The notes beneath the pieces were generated by a model. That model was not told the DNA's origin and searched no databases. It worked only from the letters and a program-made list of their open reading frames with translations. The translations under genes and the position numbers were made by a program. From the human T2T-CHM13v2.0 reference genome, Homo sapiens, in assembly GCF_009914755.1 (NCBI RefSeq), contig NC_060939.1: 64,000 bases of DNA; one strand, 5' to 3'. Every line of letters starts with the position of its first letter. The first letter of the stretch is position 1. Positions 42,977 to 55,630 of the stretch are shown piece by piece.

Positions 42977-45900
42977 CGGATTCCTCCTAAGCCGTGTCCC
43001 ATCTGTGCAGGACCCCACTGAAAATCGGACTGTTCAACTCACCTGGCAGCCACTTCCAGAGCCCCTGGAACTCTGGCCCAAGGCTCTCTGACTGACACCT
43101 TCCCAGATCTTCTAGGCTTAGCAGCTGAAGACTGACACTGCCCGATTGCCTCGGAAGCCTGCAGGACCATCACAGATGCTCTGGGTAACTCTCACAGTGG
43201 AGGGTAAGTCTGTCCCTGTCTTAATCAATATGGAGGCTACCCACTCCACATTACCTTCTTTTCAAGGGCCTGTTTCCCTTGCCTCCATAACTGTTGTGGG
43301 TATTGACGGCCAGTTTTCTAAACCTCTTAAAACTCCCCACTCTGGTGCCAGCTTAGACAATACTCTTTTAAGCACTCGTTTTTAGTTATCCCCACCTGCC
43401 CAGTTCCCTTATTAGGCTGAGACACTTTAACTAAATTATCTGCTTCCCTGACTATTCCTGGGCTACAGCCACACCTCATTGCCACCTTTTCGCCCAGTTC
43501 AAAGCCTCTTTCACATCCTCCCCTTGTATCTCCCCACCTTAACCCACAAGTGTAGGACATCTCTACTCCCTCCTTAGCGATCAATCATGCACCCCTTACC
43601 ATCCCATTAAAACCTAATCACCCTTACCTTGCTCAACACCAATATCCCATCCCACAGCACGCTTTAAAAGGATTAAAGTCTGTTATCACTCGCCTGCTAC
43701 AGCATGGCCTTTTAAAGCCTATAAACTCCCCTTACAATTCCCCCATTTTACCTGTCCTAAAACCAGACAAGGCTTACGGCTTATTTCAGGATCTGCACCT
43801 TATCAACCAAATTGTTTTGCCTATCCACATGGTGGTGCCAAACCCATATACTCTCCTATCCTCAATACCTCCCTCCACAACCCATTATTCTGTTCTAGAT
43901 CTCAAACATGCTTTCTTTACTACTCCTTTGCACCCTTCATCCCAGCCTCTCTTCACTTTCACTTGGACTGACCCTGACACCCATCGGGCTCAGCAAATTA
44001 CCTGGGCTGTACTGCCACAAGGCTTCACGGACAGCCCCCATTAGTTCAGTCAAGCCCAAATTTCTTCCTCATCTGTTACCTATCTTGGCATAATTCTCAT
44101 AAAAACACACGTGCTCTCCCTGCCTATCATGTCCAACTGATCTCTCAAACCCCAGCACCTTCTACAAAACAACAACTCCTTTGCTTCCTAAGCATGGTTG
44201 GATACTTTCGACTTTAGATACCTGGTTTTGCCATCCTAACAAAACCATTATATAAACTCACAAAAGGAGACCTAGCTGACCCCATAGATCCTAAATCCTT
44301 TCCCCACTCCTCTTTCTGTTCCTTGAAGACAGCTTTAGAGACTGCCCCCACCCTAGCTCTCCCTGACTCATCCCAACCCTTTTCATTACCCACAGCTGAA
44401 GTGCAGGGCTGTGCAGTCAGAATTCTTACACAAGAACCGGGACCATGCCCTGTAGCCTTTTTATCCAAACAATTTGACCTTACCGTTTTGCCTAGCCCTC
44501 AAGTTGGCATGTGGTGGCCACCACCACCCTGATACTTTTAGAGGCCCTTAAAATCACAAACTATGCTCAACTCACTCTCTACAGTTCTTATAACTTCCAA
44601 AATCTATTTTCTTCCTCACACCTGATGCATATACTTTCTGCTCCCTGGCTCCTTCAGCTGTACTCACTCTTTGTTGAATCTCCCACAGTTACCATTGTTC
44701 CTGGCCTGGACTTCAATCTGCCCTCCCACATTATTCCTGATACCACACCTGACCCCCATGACTGTATCTCTCTGATCCACCTGACATTCACCCCATTTCC
44801 CCATATTTCCTTCTTTCCTGTTCCTCACCCTGATCACACTTGGTTTATTGATGGCAGTTCCGCCCGGCCTAATTGCCACACACCAGCTAAGGCAGGCTAT
44901 GCTATAGTACAAGCCACTAGCCTGCCTCTTAGAACCTCTCATTTCCTTTCCATCATGGAAATCTATCCTCAAGGAAATAACTTCTCAGTGTTCCATCTGC
45001 TATTCTACTACTTCTCAGGAATTATTCAGGACCCCTCCCTTCCCTACACATCAAGCTCGGCGATTTGCCCCCGCCCAAGACTGGCAAATTGGCTTTACTC
45101 AACTAAAATACCTCTTGGTCTGGGTAGACACTTTCACTGGATAGGTAGAGGCCTTTCCCACAGGGTCTAAGAAGGCCACCGCGGTCATTTCTTCCCTCTG
45201 TCAGACATAATTCCTCGGTTTGGCCTTCCCACCTCTATACAGTCCTAGAAGGACTTTATTAGTCAAAGCACCCAAGCAATTGCTCAGGCTCTTAGTATTC
45301 AGTGAACTAATGGTCTTTTAAAAACACACCTCACCAAGCTCAGCCACCAACATAAAAAGGACTGGACAATACTTCTACCACTTGTCCTTCTCAGAATTCG
45401 GGCCTGTCATCGGAATGCTACAAGGTACAGCCCATTTGAGCTCCTGTAATGGATGCTCCTTTTTATTAAGTCTCAGTCTCATTCCAGACACCAGACCAAC
45501 TTGGACTGTGCCCCTGCCGCCCCCCCCCCAAAAAAAAAAAACAACTTGCCATCCCTACTATCTTCTGTCTAGTCATACTCCTATTCACCATTCTCAACTA
45601 CTCATAAATGCCCTGCTCTTGTTTACACTGCCGGTTTACACTGTTTCTCCAAGCCATCACAGCTGATATCTCCTGGTGCTATCCCCAAACTGCCACTCTT
45701 TACTCCCTCTTAAAATAAATAAATAATCTTTGCTGGCAGGGCTATGCTGAATCTCCTTAGGCACTCTCTAATTTGATATCCTAGGTCCTCCCAATTCTTA
45801 GTCCTTTAATATCTGTTTTTCTCCTTGTCTTATTCCGTTCTTTTTTCAATTCATACAAAACCGTATCCAGGCCATCACCAATAATTCTATGCAACAAATA

Positions 45901-46524
45901 TTTCTTATAACAATCCCACAATATCACCCCTTACCACAAAATCTTCCTTCAGCTTAATTTCTCCCACTCTCAGTTCCCACACCGCCCCTAATCTCGCTCA
46001 TAGCAGCCCTGAGAAACATCTCCCATTATCTCTCCATACCACCCCCAAAATTTTTGCCGCCCCAACACTTCAACACTATTATATTTTTCTTATTAATATA
46101 AAAAGACAGGAATGTCAGGCCTCTGAGCCCAAGCTAAGCCATCATATCCCCTGTCACCTGCACCTATACATCCAGATGGCCTGAAGTAACTGAAGAATCA
46201 CAAAAGACGTGATATTTAAATGGCCTGTTCCTGCCTTAACTGATGACATTCCACCACAAAAGAAGTGAAAATGGCCAGTCCTTGCCTTAACTGATGACAT
46301 TACCTTGTGAAATTCCTTTTCCTGGCTCAAAAAACTCTCCCACTGAACACCTTGTGACCCCCACTCCTGCCTGCCAGAGAACAACCCCCCTTTTTCCTTT
46401 ACCTACCCAATTCTTATAAAACGGCCCCACCCCTATCTCCCCTTCGCTGACTCTCTTTTCCGACTCAGCCCGCCTGCACCCAGGTGAAATAAACAGCCTT
46501 GTTTCTCAAAAAAAAAAAAAAAAA
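42977..46524 (+). mobile_element. HERV-H processed retrocopy: 5'-truncated, end of gag, pro, deleted pol/env, U3-R, poly(A)
   Basis: HERV-H internal sequence from GGATTCCTCCTAAGCCGTGTCCC. Protease LWVTLTVEGKSV, RT YSVLDLKHAFF...LPQGFTDSPH, RNase H WFIDGSS. The LTR stops 14 nt after AATAAA, followed by A17. TSD GAAAA(C/T)TTAC(C/T)C at 42965-42976 and 46526-46537. Confidence 0.9.
46113..46507 (+). promoter_or_regulatory. LTR7 U3-R without U5: TATA 46415-46421, GT box 46423-46433, AATAAA 46488-46493
   Basis: TGTCAGGCCTCTGAGCCCAAGCTAAGCC after a polypurine tract. Tandem CCTTAACTGATGACATT repeats. TATAAAACGGCCCCACCCC. Confidence 0.9.
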
Positions 46525-47231
46525 GGAAAATTTACTCAGTGAGTTTGTACCTCTAGCTAAGGAGATGTCTAGGTTGAATGGTATGAGTGCCAGTTATGTT
46601 TGTCTGTTTCATAATATACAGCTAGAGATGAACTAAGAGATAAGCTGTTCAGTTTTCAAGTATTAATAGAAGCTAGAGAAAATAAAACCCACATTTGAAT
46701 TTGATAGTATGGAAAATTAAACGCTTTTCATAGGCAGCTTCTCCAGAAAATAAAGATTCTCAAAATAAGAATTGGCCTCAGGGCAAGGACCAAATCTAGG
46801 GTTCTGTCAGTAAAAGATGGCCTCAGGGTCAGGTCAAAATCAAATGAGAAATGCAACTGCAAATCCTGTGACAGGACCTCAGAAGAGTTTAATGGGGTGC
46901 CTTATGAACTCAGGCCAAAAGACTTCTAAGAATCTGAAGGGCATTGTATCACAGCAGCCCAAAGTAGAGTGTGATTTCTTTTGAAGATATGTGAAGGTGT
47001 GGTTTTTGTCTGATGAAGTAAACACCGATATGACTCATAGAAAACTTACAAAGTTTGTAAATGTAATTATATTGATGGAAGCACTAGCAGCTTGAACTAA
47101 AAGGACCAAGGACAGTTCAAAATAATAACAGGCTTCTGGACACCTACAGACAGGCGGTAGGATGAGAAAACCACTTAGGTACAAAACACATGCCAATTTG
47201 ATTTTAAAAGGATGATGCCAAGAGCACAGCC

Positions 47232-47232
<1 letters not shown>

Positions 47233-47279
<47 letters not shown>
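47233..47279. repeat. (AC)23 microsatellite
   Basis: Read directly. Confidence 0.97.
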
Positions 47280-47280
<1 letters not shown>

Positions 47281-47797
47281 TTTCCAAGGACTAAAATTGA
47301 GCCTTAATCAAGGAATATTTTTTCACCCTGGAATAAGAAAATTGATGATATGTGCCCTGGTAGATGAGAGAATTTCTGCAAGCCAGTGACTGAAATGCAT
47401 CTTTTTTATTTTTTAAATTACTTTTTGCATGGTCTTGTCCATTGCAGTTATTCTACTTCTATGTCTGCTTCTGTGTTATACCCTGGGGTGTGTAAGATCA
47501 CTTTACAGGCCTTTAGATTGAGAAGATGTATACTCATTCGGTTGACCCTGAGGAAAAACAGACAATGAACCTCATCCACGTTGGGTCTGATTTAGAAGAC
47601 AATATCCTAGACCTCAAACCCAAGCATAACATTAAAATGGGGTCATACTTTTTGCTTTTGTGGGGTAGGGAGTGAGAATATTTTTCATCTGGGAAGAATG
47701 TGAATCATTATAAACCAGATTATGTTACATTGTCACCTTGATGGTCCCCAATAAATCCTGGCTGCTGAGATTCATGCCCTTTTCCATTTTTCTTCAG

Positions 47798-47929
47798 CAG
47801 GACCTGGACTAGAGTGAGACCACGTAGGTGCCTATGGCACAGAATATAAGTGAGATCCATGTACACAGATCCACTTACTCAGAGATGTGTCCAAGGAACC
47901 TTATTTGCCTCACCCTAATCCTGACCCTT
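47798..47929. mobile_element. MER96/MER91-like hAT-Tip100 MITE inside the MLT1 LTR
   Basis: Imperfect TIRs CAGGACCTGGACTAGAGTGAG and CTCACCCTAATCCTGACCCTT. Confidence 0.55.
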
Positions 47930-50116
47930 CTCTGGAATCTGTTCTCAGCCTGCGATTTGTTTTAACAAATAGAATGTGTTGGAAGTGACGCTGTGCTAGT
48001 TCTGGGTCTAAGTCTTATGAATGCCTGGAAGCCACTATTTTGTGCTCTTGGGAATCTTCAGTCTTCTAAGAAGTCCAGTCATACTACTGTTGAGAGCACA
48101 TGGAGATACAGAGTGGACACTTCATGTGGAATGGGAGAAGCTCTGAGACTACAGGAGCAGAGGAAGATGCCCAGCCTTACTGGCATCCCAGCGCCCAGAC
48201 GACCTGCCAGCTGAATGCAGTCATAGGAGTGATCACTGGCAAGACCAGCTGAGCCCAGCTCACAAACTAGAATCGTGGGCAAATTAAATGGTTGTTGTTT
48301 AAAGCCACTAAGTTTTAGTGTGTTTGTTAGGTAGCAATAGGAAACCAGAACAGAGACCAGCCCTGTCTGCTGTGGATGCTCTGATGGTTTAAGCAGCTGA
48401 TATAAATCATGACAAGAAATAGCAGAGAAGGGAATAACATGAAACACAGCAGCAGGAAGCCTGGAAATATCTGTGAGATTTCCTTGCAGGTTCCTAGAGT
48501 CAGGTGGGCTAGAGGTCTGGATGCTTAAGAGTAGATGGGGTCAAAGACCAGAAATAGTGTCTTGTCACAAAGTCACTCTTTATCACTAATCAGGTTTGTC
48601 CTGGGGGCCACTTATCTAATAGTGCTATATACATGCACGTTGGTGTTACAACCACAAAAGAAAAAAAAATGACAGGTCAGGGATCTGATTGATTGTTCAA
48701 CAGAGCGCATTTATGGTGCTTGGCCTGTGCAAACAGACTTACGAGCAGACAGGCTCAGACCCATCAGAGATTGAGCACAATAGCTAGGATGCAAATCTCT
48801 CTATATGAAATGTCTCAGCCCATACATACATGGATATGGTGCTGAAAGCACTAGGACCCCTGAGCCAACATAAGCACAACCTAGGCATCTTGCAATATCT
48901 AAGCTTTGGGGACTCAGTTCTCCCCTGCTGTGATTATATGCCTGGCTCTAGAAGCATTGTGCAAATTATAGGACCTGGAGAGTCTAAACTGTAAATGAAT
49001 GCAAATGAATGTGGCCTCCCAGGAAATAAAAATACAGGCTCATTATTTTGTTTTTCAGTCCAGAAAAGAACACACTTTGAAATGGCAGTTTCTGGCAAGA
49101 ATAAAATAATATTAATAATAATGATAGCTCTGCCCAAGTCAATTTTCTACAAATGGCAGTCTGATAGGTGCTGGCAAAGTAAGGAAACATCAGCCGATCT
49201 TAAGAACAGTGACCTCCAGGGAACTTGCCATGAATCTATCATCACTGAGCCTTTTACCAGCAGCATTTATTTAGCCCGTTTATTCCACAAGGTGGTGGGG
49301 ACACAACTGTACCCCTGGTATAGGCACAGAATGCATTGTTAAAGGGTGGGTAATATATAAGGTGATGTAAATATGTTCCATTTTAAACACATCCAAATTG
49401 GCCAATTTCCTTGATCTTTAAAAATAATTTCAAAGCACCATGGTGATGGAAACATTTTGTTATCTTTAAAATGCATAGACCAGATTCATCTTGGAGATGG
49501 CTATACTATTAGAATATTTTATGGATGCCATTTCTGCAGGCTACTGGTACTAGGAGAACTTAACAAACGGTGCCAGGAATGTTTGCTGCGTTTGCTCAGC
49601 TATTCAGGTTGATTTCCTGGGGTCCTTGCTACAGGAGATTCCAGTTTAGAGGTGATCCTCCTGGGCTGAGGTCTCTTATGAGGTCTCTATCCCTCTAAAT
49701 CTTTGTTCAAAGCTTACCTCTCTTAATTAGGTCCACCCAGACAACCCTATTCATACTCAAACCTGCTCCAGAATCCCTTGTGTTACTGATCCTCCTATTT
49801 CTGCTGTATTGCTAAATCAGTGAATTATTTTTTGTTAACTACAAGTGGAATGCAACCTCTATAAGGACAGAGGTTTTGGTATTTTATTTCACTGATGTAT
49901 CTAACACAGTGCCTGAAGCTCAGTAAATGTGTGGAATAAATAAAGGAATGGGTGCATCTTTGTTAAGGCACTTTATTTCACTGATATAGAAATCTCATCT
50001 TCTGAATGGGAATGATTATTTTTGTTTTCAGGACCTGTTACCTGCATAGTCAAAAATGGTTCAGTGCAAGTCCAGTTCATGTTGGGTGAGACCCAAGGAG
50101 GTTTGCTTTACATATA

Positions 50117-50711
50117 CAGGCATACTTTTGAGATGTTGTGGGTTTGTTTCCACACCAATGCAATAAAGTGAATATGGTAATGAAGCAAGTCGCAGGAATT
50201 TTTTTTCCCAATACATATAAATGTAGCCTATTAAGTGTGCAATAGCATTATGCCTAAATAATGTACATTTCTTAATTAAAAATACTCTATTGCTAAAAAG
50301 TGCTAACGATTATCTAAGCCTTCAGCAAGTTGTAGTCTTTTAGCTGGTGGAGGGAGAGAGAAGGGGAAATGGCTGGTTGGTGGAGCCGTCAGAACACACT
50401 CAACATTAATCGATTAAGTCTGCCATCTTATGTGGGCATGAGTGATGGTGCCCCAAACCATAATAATAACAGCAGAGATCACTGATCACAGACCACCATA
50501 ACAGTTATAATAGTAATAATAATAAATCTGAAATATTGCAAGAATTATCAAAATATGACACAGACAAGAAGTGAGCTCATGCTGTTGGAAAAATGGTGCC
50601 GACAGAGTTGCTTGATGTGGGGTTGCCACAAACCTTCAGTTGGTAAAAATAAAAAAAGCAATATCTGTGAAGAACAATAAAGTGAAGCACAATAAAATGA
50701 TATATGTTTTT
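50117..50711 (-). mobile_element. Internally deleted Tigger1
   Basis: TA-CAGGCATAC terminus. Both Tigger1 ends are joined at GGTGGAGGGAGAGAG (~50350), and the transposase is absent. Confidence 0.85.
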
Positions 50712-50849
50712 AATCCCAATGAAAAACTTCATATAAAGTGTTACTGATATCGGAGTTCAGCTTCTTGATTTTCAACATGGAAATTTTCTCCATAGATGTT
50801 CTAAATGTTAGTTCGCATGTGTACCGACATAATAGGTTTGAACTCATAG

Positions 50850-52450
50850 AACTCATTCACACGTGTTGAATATACATTTATTAAGAGTCTACTGTGCATT
50901 AGACACTGGGTTCAGTCTGTAGATGCAGAAATAAATCAATTGTCATTATGTGTCCTTAAGGAGCTCACAATGTGGTACAAGGCAAAGACCTGTGCAAATA
51001 TACACAGCAATGATGGAATGCAACTGTGCTTCAAAGGAGGCCAGGAGCAGAATGCTGAAGGAGCAAAGAGAAAGAAGCCACGTGCTCTGCTTGCTGCAGA
51101 ATAGATGATAAATGAACTTCTTCTTGGAGGATGAACAGATACTTGCCAGGTAGTCTGTGCGATGATGAAAGAAAGACCAGAGGAAAAGCATTCTGGGCAG
51201 AGTAGATCTCATGGGAAAGGAAATGAGATGGTCAAGGGACACTGGCACTTTGATTAGAACACAATGTTTTACAGAATATTGAATAGATTGATAAAGCTTA
51301 GTTATTGGGAAAGGTCTCTCTGAATCACTGGTCAAAGAAACCACATGCCTTCTCAGACTGCAAGACAACTCACTTAACTATGATGGAATCTTCTACAGAA
51401 GCACTTGCTTAGATGTGGTTATGTTATACCCATATGCATGTAATGCTTTTGCCCAGGTAGCTCCATGTTCTCAGCTTGAAAGATGCTGTATCAAATAGGT
51501 GTAGTGTCTGCAAATAGTAAAAATCAGTGATATCTTCTAGAACAACCTCTTTGGTAAGCTTCCAATATATCTGTATGTGTGCCTATATATAAAAATATAT
51601 ATGAATGACTTAAACACACGCATGCACAAACCCACACTTAAGAAGGTTCAAATTAATTAGAAGTTTTGGTCCTATAAGAAGGTTGAGAGTGCTTGTTATA
51701 TTAATGATACAAAAGATGGTTTAGCTGCAACACGTGTTATCAGAAGTCTCCTCAGGGCTCTCTGATTTAACCTAGCTGGCTAGCAGATGAAACCTTCCCC
51801 TCTTGTATTTCCAAATGCACCTTCTCACTGGGACTTGGACATGCCCAGGAGTTTGCAATGGCTGTTCCTTCCACCAGGAATGTTGTTTACCCCGATGTCC
51901 ACATGCATTGCTCCCTTATTTCCTTTTAAGTCATTGCTCAAATGTCACCATCTCGTTGTGGTTTACCTTGACCATTTTATTTAAAATATAAATTATTTTC
52001 CTACACAATTGGTTGCCTCCCTGGGGCTCTGACACTCCCGATTGTCTTTTCTGTTCTCTATTTTTTTTTCTTTTTCATAGCAGTCATTCTCAAATTATGT
52101 GTTTGCAGGGTTGCTTCACGACCTGCTGAAGGGGAAGAGGTGGGGCAGTGGAAGAGATAGGGTCTAGATCCCCAGCATTTATTTTAAATTAGCTCCTATT
52201 TTATATTATTTGACTCAAGGGCATATATCATGTAAAGTGTTCTGAGCCTTTAAAAAGTTAGAAAATGACTGTTGTAGATGAAAGTACACAGAACTAAATT
52301 CAGGAAACTTAGATTCCAGTCCTGTATCTTTTACAGACAAACTGTGTGTGAACTTATGAATGTCATGCACTGACTTTGTACCTGTAAGATGATGGACAAA
52401 ATCATGGTCTCTTGGTTCTATTTGAATGGAGTTTTTCTGTGATTCTGAAT
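50850..52450. mobile_element. L2 and MIR fragments
   Basis: L2 minus at ~50850-51300, L2 plus at ~51800-52000 (GCTCAAATGTCACC), MIR at ~52270-52450. Confidence 0.5.
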
Positions 52451-53399
52451 AGTTAAACATCCTCCCTGCTGCTACAAAACAAAGACATGGAGGCTCCTGA
52501 AAATGGTAATGAATATTAGAGCAAGAACTGACATTATCTAGTTATGAGGAGATGCATTCATAAATAATAAAAGGAATGTTCACATATGGACCAAGTGTCT
52601 AAATATAAATACAAATACAAGTATAGTGATGGGAAATAGAGTGGAAACTGGATGCTAAAATGTGAGAAGAAAGGTCAGTTGTGACTACTTGGAAACAAAT
52701 ATAAGATAATATAGGATTTTTGGCAATCCAGAGAAAATAACTGAGGGCCTGGCTTTTCACATATTAATCTGATGAAGGCTAAAATCATGCTGTATGGCCA
52801 AAGCCATGCATGTTTTGAGACTCATCTCACAGATATATCCTACCACACTAGTAAGACCTTAAGAAATTTGGACCATTTTTGCATTTGTGCTTTTAACATC
52901 AAAAACAACAGCAGCTTCTCTTCAGAATGTCCAGTTTCAAAGGAAACTGGATATCTTCTGACACATCCCAGGATCCCTGCTAGCAGCTGTCAGGGACATC
53001 CTATTCCAAGTCTAGAGCACATCGTAATGAACATGAGCCTTCTTTGATGGAAAGGACAAAAGAGAAATCAATAGAGAGTAACTTGAAACACTATAGACTT
53101 TCCTTGTGTTTGTGATATGTTCAAAAATTCCTGTCAGCCTCTGCTAAGCTTCATCTCCCCTTTTTGATTATTTACTTGTTTTGAAGGATTAAAGAACAGA
53201 ACTCTTGTCAGAACTTATTTATCCTTATGATACCACATTATTAATTCTAGTCCAAATGGCTTGATATTTGAAAAGTTAATTGAATTATGGTTTACTTTTG
53301 CAGTAAGGAGAGCAAAAGATTTCTTTTTAAACAAGTGGAACCTTATGGGATCTTATTTAGAGTTTGGCCTCTAAATTCGGAAGCTGTTTAAAAATCCTA

Positions 53400-55280
53400 A
53401 ATTTTCTCCTGAGTATCTTTATTTAGATACTAATATCATAAGCTGGATATCTCTCTTCTCAGAATATATCACACAAGAAATAACTCTGAAAACTCAGGAT
53501 ATGATTTTACTAATAAACATCATAACAACAGCTAAGTAAAAGGAATATGTCATAATATTGGCAAACGAGAAGACAGATTTATTACAGAAGATGGGACTGA
53601 CGTAACTCTATAATAAAAAACAAGTAATAATAAAATACTTACAAAATATAGACTCATTTTTAAATTGAAAAGAAAGAAGATAAAAACAGTATACTAAGTA
53701 GTTCCAGAATCAAAGTAATATGCCTAGTTACAGTCTTAGATATTAATGCCAATTAGAATAAAAACATGTGAAAACTTAAGGCAGAAAAACATGTCTTTAG
53801 AAGCATACTCATAGTCTCAAATATGTTAATTATTGAACTATAAAAAAGAAAATAAATTTTTCAAAAACAAACTGCCTCCTCTCCTGCAAAGATGTGATGA
53901 TAATATGTATGATAAATCACAAAGATAACACTAGAAATTAATATATTAGAGAATTGAAAAAATGATAAATTTATGCAGGAGCTAGTTTTGGGGGTAAACT
54001 CTAAAAATAGTCAAAGTTTTTTTTAAAGGTAATCAAGCAAAATTCAGAATTCAGAAAACTAAAACTACAAAAATCCATACATAAACAAGAGGGCACAAAT
54101 ATGGGACAGATTTAAAACAATACTCCTATACATTTCTACAGCTAACATTGGAAAATCTATATGAAAAGGGTTATTTTCTATGCTTTTCTTAAAATAGAAG
54201 AGATAATTTAACAAATGTATTAAACGGGGAAATAAATTGAGCATGCTGTTAAGGATTTCCACTAAAACTGTGGGTCCAGAGAGCTTTAAATTCTATAAAA
54301 TCAGTAAGAAACAGGTAACACTCATGCTCTCTACATTTTTCTGCATTGTGGAAAGGAGTACATTTCTTCTCAATTAAATTTATAAATCAAGTATAATTTT
54401 CATAATGAATCACAAAGATAGCTCAAGAAAATCGACTCATTTTTCAAGAATAGAAATGCAAAATGTTTTAATAAATGAAACCAGCATGTTAAAATAATAA
54501 CATACAAGTGCATAAAGTATATAAAGGAATGTGACGCTATTTCAACAAAAGGATATATTAACATAATTTGTCATTTTAATAAGCAAAGAAGAAAAAATAT
54601 TAATAGATGTTAAAAATAATTTCAAAACAATTTATAGTAATTTTCTACATTTAAGAACATAAAATGTAAGCTTTGAGCAAACTGTCAAGTGAAGTATACT
54701 AACTTTGCATGATGATTTCAAAACCATTAGCTGATGTCATTATGATTACATTCTAGAAGAACTATATATGCTATGACATAATATGAAATGTTATGTATTA
54801 TCTATATAATAAGTATTGTTAAACATATTACAATACTATACTTAAATTTTTTCTGGTAGTTACAACCAATACAATAAAAAAGAATAAAAATAATAATACT
54901 AATTAAAATAGGGAATATTTTAAAAGATAATTCTTCACAGGTAATGGCAATTTTACCTAAATCAAAAGGAGAAAACTGAAAGAAAATCTATTATAAATAA
55001 TGATAATTTTATAATTGGGTTACATACATAGTAAATATTTAAAACTAACTAGTTTTTCTGTATAGCAACAATAACACGTCAGATCATTTGGCACTTAAAG
55101 AAAACCAACAGCACGCATGTGCATACACACACACACACACACACACACATACACAAGACCATTAGAAGTCAGCAGAACATCTGAACCTGCAAGTAAATAA
55201 ATTATTCAGGTAACAGAAAAGACCTTTAAATAAAATTTTTAATCAGAAAGATCAAAGAGCTAATTATTTAAAAATATGAT
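53400..55280 (+). mobile_element. Highly decayed L1M ORF2
   Basis: A-rich strand with faint ORF2 motifs (GGGTCCAGAGAGCTTT, GAAATGCAAAA). Confidence 0.45.
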
Positions 55281-55283
55281 TTA

Positions 55284-55559
55284 TGTAATTCCAGCACTTT
55301 GGGAGGCCGAGATGGGCAGATCACGAGGTCAGGAGATCGAGACCATCCTGGCTAATACAATGAAAACCTGTCTCTACTAAAAATACAAAAAATTAGCCGG
55401 GCGTGGTGGCAGGCACCTGTAATCCCAGCTACTCATGAGGCTGAGGCAGGAGAATGGCGTGAACCCAGGAGGCAGAGCTTGCAGTGAGCCAAGATCGCGC
55501 CACTGCACTCTGGCCTGGACGACAGAGTGAGACTCCATCCCCCCCCACCAAAAAAAAAA
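55284..55559 (+). mobile_element. AluY, 5'-truncated by ~22 nt (no A box)
   Basis: GATCACGAGGTCAGGAGATCGAGACCATCCTGGCTAA, GAATGGCGTGAACCC, GAGCTTGCAGTG. TSD AAAAA(T/A)ATGATTTA at a TT/AAAA site. Confidence 0.92.
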
Positions 55560-55630
55560 TGATTTAACATCATGTTATGGAAAGTAATAATCAGAGAAAA
55601 ATAAAAATGTCATTATCTAAGGTAAACCTG

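Larger units (their letters stand above)
41790..48352 (+). mobile_element. Old MLT1 element: partial 5' LTR to ~41970, internal region, 3' LTR ~47720-48352
   Basis: Two homologous LTR ends (GTTGTTTTAAGTCACTATG at ~41915 and GTTGTTTAAAGCCACTAAG at ~48295). The internal sequence is continuous across four later insertions. Confidence 0.7.

Noticed and set aside
43146-45170. Functional retroviral protease or polymerase
   Set aside because: The protease DTG is replaced by NME, the RT YxDD is absent, and there are multiple stops and frameshifts.
48995-51368. 115-aa and 140-aa ORFs in non-L1 sequence
   Set aside because: No recognisable domains or exon structure. The second lies in an L2 relic, and both lengths are within chance expectation.
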